Source: an uncultured Oscillospiraceae bacterium
GTDB lineage: Bacteria > Bacillota > Clostridia > Christensenellales > CAG-138
Direction: 5' to 3'
DNA length: 32,378 bases
NCBI GenBank assembly: GCA_964573365.1
Contig: CAZNJN010000001.1
Span: 1 to 32,378 of the forward strand
Shown here: in pieces, positions 16,828-27,378 of the stretch
Position numbering within the stretch: the first letter of the stretch is position 1
Layout of the letters: every line of letters begins with the position of its first letter
Position numbers and translations under genes: made by a program
The notes under the pieces: model-generated
Database searches by the model: none
Told to the model about the DNA's origin: nothing
Seen by the model: the letters and a program-made list of their open reading frames with translations, nothing else

Positions 16828-16856
16828 TTGACAAGCAAAATGCAATGTGATAACTT
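16828..16856 (+). promoter_or_regulatory. Candidate promoter of the L-box leader and lysC operon
   Basis: TTGACA (16828-16833), a 17-nt spacer, then TAACTT (16851-16856) preceded by TGA (extended -10). It lies directly upstream of the riboswitch. Confidence 0.5.
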
Positions 16857-17018
16857 GAAGCGCAAGATAGAGGCGCGGAAACGACTAAGTCTTTGGGAGC
16901 CGACAGGCAGAGATCAAAGACCGCAGCAATTCCGCCGAATCCGGCGAATAGGTATATTTCCCGGATGGGGCTTGGGAGAATATCCTAAGCACTGTCTGCA
17001 GCAATGCAGGAGCGCTGT
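16857..17018 (+). promoter_or_regulatory. Lysine riboswitch (L-box) aptamer
   Basis: Conserved L-box blocks appear in the expected order: AGATAGAGGCGC (16865-16876), TCCGCCGAA, GGATGGGGCTTGGGAG, CACTGTC, then a CTGCAGCAATGCAG hairpin and the closing AGCGC. It lies upstream of an aspartokinase gene, the classic context. Confidence 0.8.
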
Positions 17019-17093
17019 CTGACTTATATAGCATTCGTTTGTTCATGTGTCTTTGCTGCGGTATGATGCATGAAAATGGAATGGGAAGTATCA

Positions 17094-17130
17094 GTCGGCA
17101 AGCGTTCACGCCTGCCGGCTTTTATTATTG
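17094..17130 (+). terminator. Riboswitch expression-platform terminator
   Basis: GTCGGCAAGCG (17094-17104), a TTCA loop, then CGCCTGCCGGC (17109-17119), followed by TTTTATTATT. Confidence 0.6.
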
Positions 17131-17251
17131 CAGGAAAGTCCAGCTCTTTTGTCTTTTTTGCAATATAGTTTTGCCTTTATCCGTGATACCATGTTAAAAG
17201 AGGATAAAAAGTCCTTTTTGAATATTTTTTATATGCAAACGAGGAGGCAGC

Positions 17252-18469
17252 ATGGGCGTAGTACAAAAATATGGCGGCAGCAGCGTAGCCACACTGGATA
17301 AAATCAAAGCCATCGCGGAATGCGTAGCAGAAATCAAACGTTCGGGAGAAGATATCGTCGTCGTAGCCAGCGCCATGGGTAAGACCACCAATCAGCTCAT
17401 TGAACTTGCCAAGCAAACAGGCGGCGCAAACAACGTCCGCGAGCTGGACGCCTTAATGGCGACCGGTGAACAGACGACCGTTTCGCTCATCGCTATGACG
17501 CTTGAAGGTATGGGGATTCCCGCCGTTTCGCTTACAGGCGCACAGTGCGGTTTTATTACCAACCGCAATCATTCCCGCGCAAGGATCATGGATATTAAAG
17601 CCGATCTGCTCCTAAAACATATCGGTGAAGGAAAGGTTGTCATTGTTGCCGGATTTCAGGGAGTAGACGACGAAGGCAATATCACTACGCTCGGCCGGGG
17701 AGGGTCGGACACTACGGCGGTCGCTATAGCGGCAAAGCTCGGATGGGACTGCGAAATCTTCACGGATGTGCAGAGCATTTTCACGGTCGATCCGCGAAAA
17801 TGCCCCGGCGCAAAGCGACTGCACCGTATCACATATGATGAAATGATGGAAATGGCCTCGCTTGGCGCCGGCGTGCTTGAAACACGAAGCGTAGAGCTTG
17901 CTAAAAAGTATCATGTGAAGCTATATCTGGGTCAATCCTTGGAAAGAGACAGGATGAAAGGAACTTATATCATGGAGAAAGACAATACCTTTGAAGCCAT
18001 GCCTGTAACGGGCATTAGCCTTACGGAAAACTGCGCCATGCTCAATATCACCAACGCGCCCGCTGACGGAAGCTGCGTGAGCCGGCTATTTGAGCTGGTA
18101 TCCCGACTTGACGTTAACGTGGATATGATTTCTCAGCAGGTTCTTTCCGACGGAAGCTTGGCGATCTCCTTTAGCTGCAAACCCGATGACGCCCTGCTGC
18201 TAAAGAAAGCGAGTGAAGAAAGCGGCTTCCCGTATACGCTCGATGTTCAAAACACGCTCTCGAAGATTTCCCTTGTGGGCGTTGGAATGATCACGCATTC
18301 CGGCATTGCGAACCGGGCTTTTGCGATTCTGTATCGCAACCATATTCGCTATTATCAGATTACGACCTCAGAAATATCGATCTCCATCACGGTGGACACG
18401 GAAAATGTGGAAAAGGCCGTAAAGCTTCTCTCGGATGAGTTTGAGCTTCGTGAAGAAACCGGCGTCTGA
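17252..18469 (+). CDS. lysC: Aspartate kinase (monofunctional, with C-terminal ACT domains)
   Basis: VQKYGGSSV at the N-terminus, GRGGSDTTA, 405 aa, SD GAGGAGG upstream, downstream of an L-box. Confidence 0.93.
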   Translation: MGVVQKYGGSSVATLDKIKAIAECVAEIKRSGEDIVVVASAMGKTTNQLIELAKQTGGANNVRELDALMATGEQTTVSLIAMTLEGMGIPAVSLTGAQCGFITNRNHSRARIMDIKADLLLKHIGEGKVVIVAGFQGVDDEGNITTLGRGGSDTTAVAIAAKLGWDCEIFTDVQSIFTVDPRKCPGAKRLHRITYDEMMEMASLGAGVLETRSVELAKKYHVKLYLGQSLERDRMKGTYIMEKDNTFEAMPVTGISLTENCAMLNITNAPADGSCVSRLFELVSRLDVNVDMISQQVLSDGSLAISFSCKPDDALLLKKASEESGFPYTLDVQNTLSKISLVGVGMITHSGIANRAFAILYRNHIRYYQITTSEISISITVDTENVEKAVKLLSDEFELREETGV

Positions 18470-18522
18470 GTTGTTCTCAGTTCAGTCAAAAACAAAGCAT
18501 TACAGGAAAGGCGGTATTCAAA

Positions 18523-19404
18523 ATGTTACAGCTACAAGGCTCTATCGTGGCACTCGTCACTCCGTTCAATGAGGATGGCAGCGTAAACTTTCCCCGTCTG
18601 CGCGAGCTGGTGGAATGGCATATTGCAAACAAGACCGACGGCATCGTGGCACTGGGTACGACCGGCGAATCCGCGACCATGAGCCATGATGAGGATAATC
18701 GGGTATGCAAATGCGTGATCGATACGGTCGCCGGACGGATCCCCGTCATCGTCGGCAGCGGTTCAAACTGCACACAGACCATGCTGGAAAAGAGTCTCCT
18801 TTATCAGAGCATGGGCGCTGACGCATTGCTTGTAATCAGCCCCTATTATAATAAAGCAAATGAAGAAGGCATGTATCGTCATTTTTCCACCGTAGCGGAT
18901 GCGGTGAATATTCCCTGCATCCTCTATAACGTACCCGGACGAACCGGCTGTTCCATCTCCGAAAAGGTCATTTCTCGCTTGTATAAGCATCAAAATATCG
19001 GCGGTATCAAGGAAGCCTCCGGTAATCTTGGCTATGCTTCGCAGATTGCCCGTTATCTCAGCGATGATTTTCGCATGTACAGCGGGAACGACGACGTAAT
19101 CGTCCCGATCCTCTCCATCGGCGGCAGCGGCGTTATCTCCGTATTCGCAAACATCCTGCCCGAAATCACGCACAACATTGTAGCGGACTTTCTAAACGGC
19201 AATATTGAAGAATCACGCGCCGCGCAGCTCAAGTATCTTGAGGTCATCAATGATCTGTTCTTAGAGGTCAATCCCATCCCCGTCAAGGCGGCGATGAACA
19301 TGATGGGGCTTCAGGCCGGTTCGCTGCGCCTGCCGCTCTACGAAATGAGCGAGAGTGCCAAGGCGAAGCTTGAGCGCGCGCTTCGTGAGGTTGGCGCATT
19401 ATGA
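18523..19404 (+). CDS. dapA: 4-hydroxy-tetrahydrodipicolinate synthase
   Basis: GSIVALVTPF, GTTGES, YNVPGRTG, and IKEASG containing the Schiff-base Lys. 293 aa. Confidence 0.95.
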   Translation: MLQLQGSIVALVTPFNEDGSVNFPRLRELVEWHIANKTDGIVALGTTGESATMSHDEDNRVCKCVIDTVAGRIPVIVGSGSNCTQTMLEKSLLYQSMGADALLVISPYYNKANEEGMYRHFSTVADAVNIPCILYNVPGRTGCSISEKVISRLYKHQNIGGIKEASGNLGYASQIARYLSDDFRMYSGNDDVIVPILSIGGSGVISVFANILPEITHNIVADFLNGNIEESRAAQLKYLEVINDLFLEVNPIPVKAAMNMMGLQAGSLRLPLYEMSESAKAKLERALREVGAL

Positions 19405-20126
19405 GAATCATGCTTGTCGGCTACGGCAGAATGGGTCGCATGATCGAAGCGCTGGCTGTTGAAGCCGGGCATGAGATCGTTAAGACTATTGATGTTGCGA
19501 ACGTAGCGGAGCTTGCCTCGCTGCAAAGAATTGCGGATATCGCCATCGATTTTTCTTCACCGAGCGTTCTTCCTCAGCTAACTGATTTTGTTAAAAGAAC
19601 CGGAACTCCGCTTCTAAGCGGAGTTACTGGGTATACGCAGACAGACCTTTCCAATTTTGATGCGCTTGGCGCTTTTGCGCCTGTGCTCCACAGTGCGAAT
19701 TATTCCATGGGCATTGCGGTGTTCCGCCGTATGCTTCGCCTTGTTTCACCCTCGCTGCTTGGAAGCTTTGATGTGGAAATCACCGAAACGCATCACAATA
19801 AAAAGGCAGACGCGCCAAGCGGTACGGCAAAGCTGCTTTATGACGCGATCGATCCCGCACATGCTTACACACCAGTCTACGGTCGGGAAGGAATGTGCGG
19901 CGCACGCAACAGCACGGAAATCGGCATTCACGCGCTTCGAGGCGGCACTGTCGCCGGAACGCATACCGTCAGCTTCTTCGGTGCCGACGAGGAGTTAAGC
20001 ATCACACACAGAGCTTCAAGCCGCGCGATTTTCGCAAACGGCGCGCTCCATGCAGCACAGCTACTGATGCAAAAGCCTAAAGGCAGTTATACCATAGATC
20101 AAATTTTATTTGGAGAAGAAGCATGA
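19401..20126 (+). CDS. dapB: 4-hydroxy-tetrahydrodipicolinate reductase (short form)
   Basis: N-terminal GYGRMG Rossmann motif and [19 protein letters not shown] overlaps with dapA and dapH. Confidence 0.92.
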   Translation: MRIMLVGYGRMGRMIEALAVEAGHEIVKTIDVANVAELASLQRIADIAIDFSSPSVLPQLTDFVKRTGTPLLSGVTGYTQTDLSNFDALGAFAPVLHSANYSMGIAVFRRMLRLVSPSLLGSFDVEITETHHNKKADAPSGTAKLLYDAIDPAHAYTPVYGREGMCGARNSTEIGIHALRGGTVAGTHTVSFFGADEELSITHRASSRAIFANGALHAAQLLMQKPKGSYTIDQILFGEEA

Positions 20127-20815
20127 ACGCACAAGAGATCATTCGTTATATCAGCCAAGCGCCTAAAAAGACACCCGTTACGCTTTATATTAAAGAAAAG
20201 AATGCCATAGAGTACGGAAGTGCCACGGTTTTTGGCGTCGGCGATAAAATCGTCTTTGGCGACTGGAACGAGCTATCCCCCATTTTGGAAGCAAACAAAG
20301 ACTCCATCGCTGAACTGATCATCGATAATCATTGTCGAAACTCCGCCATTCCCATGCTCGACATGAAAAATCTTCAGGCGCGCATCGAGCCCGGCGCGAT
20401 CATCCGCGAGCAGGTCGAAATTGGGAAAGGCGCCGTGATTATGATGGGAGCAATCATCAACATAGGCGCTGTAGTCGGTGAAAACACGATGATCGACATG
20501 GGCGCAATTCTTGGCGGGCGCGCGTGTGTAGGTAAAAACTGCCATATTGGCGCAGGCGCCGTGCTGGCGGGCGTGATTGAGCCGGCAAGCGCAACGCCGG
20601 TAATCGTAGAGGACAATGTGCTTGTGGGCGCAAACGCAGTCGTGGTTGAAGGCGTACATATCGGTGAAAACGCCGTGGTCGCAGCAGGCGCCGTCGTGCT
20701 TTCGGATGTGCCGCCAAACACCGTCGTCGCCGGTATGCCGGCGCGTGTCATCAAAGAAAAGGATGCGAAAACAAGCGCCAAAACAGCGCTTGAAGAAGCG
20801 CTTCGAGCGCTGTAA
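20123..20815 (+). CDS. dapH: Tetrahydrodipicolinate N-acetyltransferase (hexapeptide-repeat, DapH type)
   Basis: 230 aa with a left-handed beta-helix repeat region ([49 protein letters not shown]) and a DapH-like N-terminus. Confidence 0.88.
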   Translation: MNAQEIIRYISQAPKKTPVTLYIKEKNAIEYGSATVFGVGDKIVFGDWNELSPILEANKDSIAELIIDNHCRNSAIPMLDMKNLQARIEPGAIIREQVEIGKGAVIMMGAIINIGAVVGENTMIDMGAILGGRACVGKNCHIGAGAVLAGVIEPASATPVIVEDNVLVGANAVVVEGVHIGENAVVAAGAVVLSDVPPNTVVAGMPARVIKEKDAKTSAKTALEEALRAL

Positions 20816-20842
20816 AAAGCACTTTGCTTTTCATATTTTTCA

Positions 20843-20876
20843 AAAGAGCTTCGGTCATATTCGTCCGAAGCTCTTT
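20843..20876. terminator. Bidirectional intrinsic terminator between convergent dapH and the serine hydrolase gene
   Basis: AAAGAGCTTCGG (20843-20854) pairs with CCGAAGCTCTTT (20865-20876), giving a 12-bp stem with T-rich sequence following on both strands. Confidence 0.7.
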
Positions 20877-20905
20877 GTTTTCCGCCATGTTTATTCTTAT
20901 TTTTC

Positions 20906-22723
20906 TTATTTGGTATTCTCTAGCATGTCCGTTTGAGCTTCGTTAAGCGCGGCAAGCGACACAGGATAGGCCGTGATCTCCGGCTCGAGCATAAAGCGAA
21001 TGCGAAAACGCAGGTCGTCGTCGGCTTTGTTTAGTACAGAGCCTATTTTGTTCGTTTTATTTTCCGCTATAATCGATTCCAATGCATTTAAGAGATAAGG
21101 CGCACCCGGCGATTCCTCCCACTTGATTCTGATGCTGTCATAGTAAAAATATATGCGGAGAAAGCGTGTATTCGCCAATTCCAAAAACGAGATTCTAAGC
21201 CGCAGGACGGGCGTTCCGTTTTCATCCGCCGTAAAGTCCCCCTGAGTGGCGATCCTTTGTTCTTCGCCATGTATGCAAATTGCGCTGTATTCCGTCTTTG
21301 TCAAGCCGATCTTCACAGCATAGCTTTCGTCCTTTTCGTGAATAGTGATCCAAAGCTTTCCGTCTTGCTCCGCCGAAAACGAGATTCCCTTCAGACCTTT
21401 TGTATAATTATTTTGCAGTATCTGCGCATAAAGCGGGTAAAGTCCGATGGACGCCGCGCAATCATCGTTCGTATAGTACGCTCTTTCAGAAAGCGTCTGC
21501 GAAAGACGAAGCTCCGTGTTTTTCTCGGTTTTCCTGTCGATGAGTTCGTAAAGAGCGCGATCCGGCTGCTTGACGTCGCGGTGCATTAAGCTTGCGCAAA
21601 GCGCACGCAAATCTTGATAGGCAGTCTCATCTTCGGTCGTATTTGCAGAAGGTCTAAAGCCCGTACCGAGATAGCGATCCGTATGCTTATAATAATTGCT
21701 CTGCTGAAACAGCTCATTATTTCCCGCATTGGATACGACCAATATGTTTGAATCGAAAAAGCCCAGTACATTTTGACTGAACATGCCGTTAAAAAGGAAG
21801 GAGCGCTCCTTTCTGCCGACCCAGATCTGATAGCCGTAATTGTAATTTCCCTTATCAAGCGGCGTTTCGATCTGCTTGCTGGTCGCATCAAATATATACG
21901 AACTGGATACAAGCTGTTTCCCATTCCATGCGCCGTTTTGCAAAATCAATTGTCCGATTTTCGCAATATCCTCCTGGCAGATATAAAGTCCCCATCCCCC
22001 TTTTTCGATTCCCATGGGACAGGTCTCCCAAAATATATTGCTGATACCCAACGGTTCCCACAGGCGTGGGCGCAGATATTCCATCAAGCCTTCACCCGTG
22101 ATCTCTTTGACCGCTGCTGAAAGCATATAGGTATTCATGCTGTTATACGCAAATACCTTGCCCGGTTCGCTCGTATGCGCGGATTCAAGATAGCCCTTGA
22201 CCCAGTCTCGTTGGGTAGGAAAGCCCGCTTCGTTAAATAGAATTCCGCTGCTCATCGTAAGAAGATGCCGAATGGTCAGAGATTTATGCGTGATCCGCTC
22301 CAGCCTGTTTATGCGGTTTGCAAAGATATCGACGATTTTATCCTCCAGGGATAGTTTCCCCTCGTCGATCAGCATACCGATCGCAAGTCCGGTAATGCTC
22401 TTGCATTCCGAGTGCGTGATGTGCCATATTCTGCTGTCATATGCGCCGAAAGAAGCTTCCGTGACGATATTCCCGTTGCAAAGAATCATGATCGAATGCG
22501 GATCGAGTGTCTCGTCATTTTCCACCGCAGTAAGATAATCCCGAATGCGCGCGGAAGAAATGCCCTGTGCTTCCGGTGAGCTGCGGGGGAATGGCTGTGA
22601 AATAGGCTGCATCACAAAAGCGGGCTTTTGCGCCGGCAGATCAAGCCGCGGGGTTGTAGTTCCCTTGGGATCTAGAATTTGTCCAATTAAAGCCGCTGCT
22701 GATCCAAGCATTCTCGTATCCAT
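20906..22723 (-). CDS. Beta-lactamase-fold serine hydrolase (class C / esterase-like) with a ~230-aa C-terminal extension of unknown function
   Basis: S-x-x-K nucleophile motif S-E-C-K within HITHSECKSITGLAIGML. 605 aa with no obvious signal peptide. SD GGGGGAGGAA upstream. Confidence 0.8.
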   Translation of the reverse strand: MDTRMLGSAAALIGQILDPKGTTTPRLDLPAQKPAFVMQPISQPFPRSSPEAQGISSARIRDYLTAVENDETLDPHSIMILCNGNIVTEASFGAYDSRIWHITHSECKSITGLAIGMLIDEGKLSLEDKIVDIFANRINRLERITHKSLTIRHLLTMSSGILFNEAGFPTQRDWVKGYLESAHTSEPGKVFAYNSMNTYMLSAAVKEITGEGLMEYLRPRLWEPLGISNIFWETCPMGIEKGGWGLYICQEDIAKIGQLILQNGAWNGKQLVSSSYIFDATSKQIETPLDKGNYNYGYQIWVGRKERSFLFNGMFSQNVLGFFDSNILVVSNAGNNELFQQSNYYKHTDRYLGTGFRPSANTTEDETAYQDLRALCASLMHRDVKQPDRALYELIDRKTEKNTELRLSQTLSERAYYTNDDCAASIGLYPLYAQILQNNYTKGLKGISFSAEQDGKLWITIHEKDESYAVKIGLTKTEYSAICIHGEEQRIATQGDFTADENGTPVLRLRISFLELANTRFLRIYFYYDSIRIKWEESPGAPYLLNALESIIAENKTNKIGSVLNKADDDLRFRIRFMLEPEITAYPVSLAALNEAQTDMLENTK

Positions 22724-22753
22724 ATTCCTCCCCCTTCATTCATTCTTTCGCGT

Positions 22754-23398
22754 TCAATTCGTTAATTTCACAATATCTTCTTTAACGCCCGCCACATAAA
22801 TGTGTTCGCCTTTTTCAAAGGTAAAGTTCGCAGAAACAACCGGCATCATTTTGTTGTCTTTTTTTACGGCGATAACGTTCACATTGTATTTCGATCGCAC
22901 ATTGACTTCAACGATAGTTTTGTTTTCCCACTTTGCGGGTACCAGTACCTCAACGAGCGCATACTCCGGAGAAAGCTCAAAATAGTCGAAAGCGTTTTTT
23001 GTGCTAAAGCGCATCGCGGCGCGCCACGCCATATCTCTTTCGGGATTTACGATTTCGTCCGCGCCCACCTTACGAAGGAATTTCGCATGGATGTCACGAT
23101 CCGCCTTTGACACGACGTAGGTTGCGCCAAGCTCCTTGAGCAATGAGGTGATCTCCAGAGACGACTGAAAATCGTCGCTGATACATACGAAGCAGATGTC
23201 AAAATTGCCAACGCCCAAAGAACGCAGCACCACCTCGTCGCGGCAGTCGCCGATCTGCGCGGCCGTCACATCCGACGCAATCGCCTCTACTGCGCTTTCG
23301 TTTCGATCCACCGCCATGACTTCATTTCCCAGATCGCTGAGTTTCTTTGCCAGATTTGTTCCGAATCTGCCCAAACCAACAACCAACATTGAACGCAT
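22754..23398 (-). CDS. ktrA: K+ uptake system peripheral NAD-binding subunit (KtrA/TrkA-N plus TrkA-C)
   Basis: VVGLGRFG Rossmann motif, 214 aa, immediately downstream of the TrkH/KtrB-family gene. Confidence 0.88.
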   Translation of the reverse strand: MRSMLVVGLGRFGTNLAKKLSDLGNEVMAVDRNESAVEAIASDVTAAQIGDCRDEVVLRSLGVGNFDICFVCISDDFQSSLEITSLLKELGATYVVSKADRDIHAKFLRKVGADEIVNPERDMAWRAAMRFSTKNAFDYFELSPEYALVEVLVPAKWENKTIVEVNVRSKYNVNVIAVKKDNKMMPVVSANFTFEKGEHIYVAGVKEDIVKLTN

Positions 23399-23413
23399 AA
23401 TACCATTACCTCG

Positions 23414-24751
23414 TTAAACAATAATTTTTTCTTCCGGCCATTTAATTTTTACCGGTTCTTTTCTGTATAACAGTGCCATGCCAAGCGACAGGCTCCCCAC
23501 CCTTCCAGTATACATCAGTATCATAACAACAATGCGTGAAAGAGGCAACAGCTCCTGTGTAATACCCGTGCTCAGTCCTACTGTGCCGATAGCCGAAAGC
23601 GTTTCAAAGAGTATAGCCGAAAACGGCTGCCGCTGCACAATTGTGATGATAAAGCATGCACAAGCTGTAAGCAGGATGTAGAGCGTTATGGCGCAAAGTG
23701 CTTTTTTGATTGTGCCTTCCTCTAAGCGCCGACGAAAAACATTGACATCTTCCTTCTGCCGTAAATACGCAAAAGCCGTAAGCAAAACGGTCGCAGCGGT
23801 CGATACCTTCACGCCGCCGGCTGTAGAGCCGGCTCCGCCGCCGATAAACATAAGCGCCATAACAAGCAAAGCGCCCGCCTGCGTTAAGCTCCCCATACCC
23901 ACGGTCTCAAAGCCCGCCGTTCGGGGAGTAACAACTTGAAACAAAGCTACGAGAATTTTCTCTCCCGCATCCCTTCCCGCTAAAACATTGTTGTTTTCAA
24001 TCCATAAAAACAGGATAAAAGGAATCAGTACCAAGGCAAGCGTCGCGCAAAGCATGATCTTTGAATGCAGGCGGTATTTTGAGAAATGCACGCCGTTTTT
24101 AATGACGTCCTCCCATACGATAAACCCGATTCCGCCTATGAGAATCAAAGCCATGATCACTAAATTAACGAGCGCGTCGCCCGCGAAAGGCCGCAGCGAC
24201 CCAAAAGGCTCAAGTCTGCCTAAAATATCAAAGCCGGCATTGCAAAACGCCGAAACCGAGTGGAATATACCGCACCAGATTCCCTCGCCCAGTCCAAACA
24301 TAGGCACAAAGCGAAGCGAAAGCAAAATGGCGCCCGCTGTCTCCACGATCGCAGTTCCGATCAAAATGTGCTTAACCAGACGTACAATTCCGCCAAGCTG
24401 CGTGGTATTGACAGCTTCCACCAGAATCGATCTTTCCGTAAGCCCGATTCGTTTGCCCGCCGCAATAAAGATCAAGACGGATACGCTCATGAAGCCCAGT
24501 CCGCCTATCTGAATCATCAAAAGAATGATGAACTGCCCAAAGTGGGAAAACTGCGTGTAGGTATCCTGCACTATGAGTCCCGTTACGCAGGTTGCGGAGG
24601 TTGCTGTAAAGAGTGCGTCGAAAAAGGAAAGCCGCTGAAAATTTCTGTTTGAAACAGGCAGCGTCAGCAGTATCGCCCCAAAGAGAATCATGGCGGCAAA
24701 GCCGAGCGCTAATAGCTGTATCGGGCTAAACGGCAGCTTTCCCCTTTTCAT
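23414..24751 (-). CDS. ktrB: TrkH/KtrB-family K+ transporter membrane subunit
   Basis: 445-aa polytopic protein with repeated selectivity-filter-like segments (TATCVTGL, QIGGLGF, NAGFD, TAGF, GGGAGSTAGG, GTVGLS). Its ATG overlaps the ATPase stop (TAATG at 24749-24753). Confidence 0.88.
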   Translation of the reverse strand: MKRGKLPFSPIQLLALGFAAMILFGAILLTLPVSNRNFQRLSFFDALFTATSATCVTGLIVQDTYTQFSHFGQFIILLMIQIGGLGFMSVSVLIFIAAGKRIGLTERSILVEAVNTTQLGGIVRLVKHILIGTAIVETAGAILLSLRFVPMFGLGEGIWCGIFHSVSAFCNAGFDILGRLEPFGSLRPFAGDALVNLVIMALILIGGIGFIVWEDVIKNGVHFSKYRLHSKIMLCATLALVLIPFILFLWIENNNVLAGRDAGEKILVALFQVVTPRTAGFETVGMGSLTQAGALLVMALMFIGGGAGSTAGGVKVSTAATVLLTAFAYLRQKEDVNVFRRRLEEGTIKKALCAITLYILLTACACFIITIVQRQPFSAILFETLSAIGTVGLSTGITQELLPLSRIVVMILMYTGRVGSLSLGMALLYRKEPVKIKWPEEKIIV

Positions 24752-27378
24752 TACTTTTTGGCCGTCCTGCGCTGGATGAATTTGACCAGCTCAACAATCG
24801 GAATTACGCAGAACGCAAGCGCTAGAGCGACCAGATACTCAGGAAAACTGATCATTTCAAAGTCGAAGGCCTTCGCCAAGAAGGGGACGTACAACACGAC
24901 CGTCGTAAGCAGCAGACTCAAAATGCCAGCGCCCCAGAGCAGAATGTTTTGTTTTTTCATAACAAAAATGCTGCCGCGCTGCGAGCGCATGTTGAAGCTG
25001 TGGAATATCTCCGCCATGCTCATCGTCAAAAATGCCATAGTCATTCCATCCGCGCTGTTCGTGATCTCCCACACGCCAGCTTCCATATAGTGACCGACAA
25101 AATATGCCGTCAAGGTCAAAATCGTGACGAGCAAGCCCTGATACGCCACGTCAAAACCCACGCCGCCGGAAAACACACCGTCATGCGGATCACGCGGCTT
25201 GCGGGACATCAGATTATTTTCCGCCGCTTCCGTACCGAGCGCGAGAGCCGGGAAGCAGTCTGTAATCAAATTGATCCAAAGCAGATGCACAGGCTTTAGA
25301 ATCGTAAAGCCCATCAAGGTCGCCGCAAATATACTGAGCACCTCGCTCATATTCGAGGAGAGCAAAAATTGGATTGCTTTGCGGATGTTGTCATAGATGC
25401 GGCGTCCTTCTTCTACTGCGCCGACGATGGTCGCAAAGTTGTCGTCGGCCAGCACCATATCCGCGACATTTTTCGTCACATCCGTGCCGGTGATGCCCAT
25501 GCCTACGCCGATATCGGCATTTTTAATCGAAGGCGCGTCGTTTACGCCGTCACCGGTCATCGCGGTCACGGAGCCGCGCTTACGCCACGCGTTTACAATG
25601 CGTACCTTATGCTCGGGCTGCACACGGGCATATACGCTGTAGCGATCCACGGCCTCATTAAACTCGTCTTCTCCGATTTCATCGAGCATCGCGCCCGTAA
25701 TGGCCTGCGAAGGATCGTCGATTATGCCCAATTCCATGGCGATGGCGACTGCGGTATCCCGATGATCGCCTGTAATCATAATCGGGCGGATACCGGCGTT
25801 GCGGCACTGCTCAATCGCGTCCTTGACCTCTGGGCGAACTGGATCGATCATCCCCGTCAAGCCGATAAAGGTCAAATCATGCTCAAGCGCGTCCGGCGTC
25901 AGCTTTTCGGGCATGGCGTCGTATTGCCGCTGCGCGGCGCAAAGCACGCGCAGCGCCTTGTCGGCCAATTCTTTATTCTTAGCGAGAATTTCCTTGCGTT
26001 TTTCTTCCGTGAGCGCAAGCGCCTTTCCGTTTTCCAAATAATGCGTGCAGCGGCGCAGCACTTCATCCGGCGCACCCTTGGTGAACTGGAGCAGTTTCCC
26101 GTCCTGATCATGCAGCGTGCTCATCATCTTACGCATACTGTCAAATGGTGCTTCCGCCACGCGCGGGAGCTTTGCTTTCAAATCGCCCTTATGAAAACTG
26201 TTTGCGCTTGCAAAATTGACGAGCGCGCACTCGGTAGGCTCTCCCACCGCATTTCCGCTTTCATCCGGCTCCGCGTCGCTGCAAAGAGACATCGCTCTGG
26301 CGATCTCAGATAAATTGTTCTCAGGCCAGTGGGCAACGACAGTCATTTTATTTTGTGTAAGCGTGCCTGTTTTGTCGCTGCAGATGATCTGCGCACAGCC
26401 GAGCGTTTCCACAGCCGTCAAGCGCCTTATGATGGCATTGCGCTTTGACATATTGGTAACGCCAATGGAAAGCACGATCGTAACAACAGCCGCCAGTCCC
26501 TCCGGAATCGCCGCCACGGCAAGGCTTACCGCCACCATGAACGTATCGAGAATGATCTTTCCGTTCAGGCTTCCCGCTCTGAGCAGATTGAGCGCGAAAA
26601 TAAACACGCAGATGCCTAACACGAGTTTGGTCAAAATTTTGCTGAGCTGACTGAGCTTGATCTGCAAAGGCGTCTGTCCGTCCTCCGCCATGGAGAGCGC
26701 ATCCGCGATTTTACCCATCTCGGTGTCCGCGCCCGTCGCCACGACAACCGCTTTTCCTCGGCCATAGGTCACAACGCTGCCCATATACACCATATTTTTG
26801 CGGTCACCCAGCGGAACGTTCTCGCCTTCAAGCGCCTCTGTTTGCTTTGCGACAGGAACGCTCTCGCCGGTCAATGCGGCTTCTTCGATCTGCATACTGT
26901 GGCTTTCCAGCACGCGCGCATCTGCGGGAACTGCGTCTCCCGCTTCAAGAAGGATCACGTCGCCGGGAACCAGATCCTCGCTTTTGATTTTCTGCGTATG
27001 CCCATCTCGAAGGACATGACAGGTCGCGGCGGACATTTTTTGCAAAGCCTCTATCGCTTTTTCCGCCTTGTTTTCCTGATAGACGCCCAGAACCGCATTG
27101 ATAATTACGACAGTCATGATGATGATTACATCCGCAAAGCTTTCCCCCGCATAGACGGAGGTAATTCCGCTGATCAGCGCCGCCGCGATGAGAATGAGAA
27201 TCATCGGATCTTTCATCTGTTCAAAAAACTTCTTGATTAACGGCACCTTTTTCGCTTCTCTGAGTTTATTGGGGCCGTATTTCTCTTTTCGTTCCAAAAC
27301 CTTGTCTGTAAGCAGTCCCTCTTCGCAGCTTTCCAGCTCCTCAAGGACATGCTCCGCCGTTTCCAAATAGTGCTTCAT
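24751..27378 (-). CDS. P-type ATPase, type II (Ca2+-transporting, PMCA/SERCA-like)
   Basis: CSDKTGTLT phosphorylation site, TGES, IPEGL in TM4, TGDHRDTA, GDGVNDAP. The start is taken at ATG 27378 (SD GGAGAGGAAAG). The 42 upstream codons in the ORF track look non-coding. Confidence 0.9.
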   Translation of the reverse strand: MKHYLETAEHVLEELESCEEGLLTDKVLERKEKYGPNKLREAKKVPLIKKFFEQMKDPMILILIAAALISGITSVYAGESFADVIIIMTVVIINAVLGVYQENKAEKAIEALQKMSAATCHVLRDGHTQKIKSEDLVPGDVILLEAGDAVPADARVLESHSMQIEEAALTGESVPVAKQTEALEGENVPLGDRKNMVYMGSVVTYGRGKAVVVATGADTEMGKIADALSMAEDGQTPLQIKLSQLSKILTKLVLGICVFIFALNLLRAGSLNGKIILDTFMVAVSLAVAAIPEGLAAVVTIVLSIGVTNMSKRNAIIRRLTAVETLGCAQIICSDKTGTLTQNKMTVVAHWPENNLSEIARAMSLCSDAEPDESGNAVGEPTECALVNFASANSFHKGDLKAKLPRVAEAPFDSMRKMMSTLHDQDGKLLQFTKGAPDEVLRRCTHYLENGKALALTEEKRKEILAKNKELADKALRVLCAAQRQYDAMPEKLTPDALEHDLTFIGLTGMIDPVRPEVKDAIEQCRNAGIRPIMITGDHRDTAVAIAMELGIIDDPSQAITGAMLDEIGEDEFNEAVDRYSVYARVQPEHKVRIVNAWRKRGSVTAMTGDGVNDAPSIKNADIGVGMGITGTDVTKNVADMVLADDNFATIVGAVEEGRRIYDNIRKAIQFLLSSNMSEVLSIFAATLMGFTILKPVHLLWINLITDCFPALALGTEAAENNLMSRKPRDPHDGVFSGGVGFDVAYQGLLVTILTLTAYFVGHYMEAGVWEITNSADGMTMAFLTMSMAEIFHSFNMRSQRGSIFVMKKQNILLWGAGILSLLLTTVVLYVPFLAKAFDFEMISFPEYLVALALAFCVIPIVELVKFIQRRTAKK

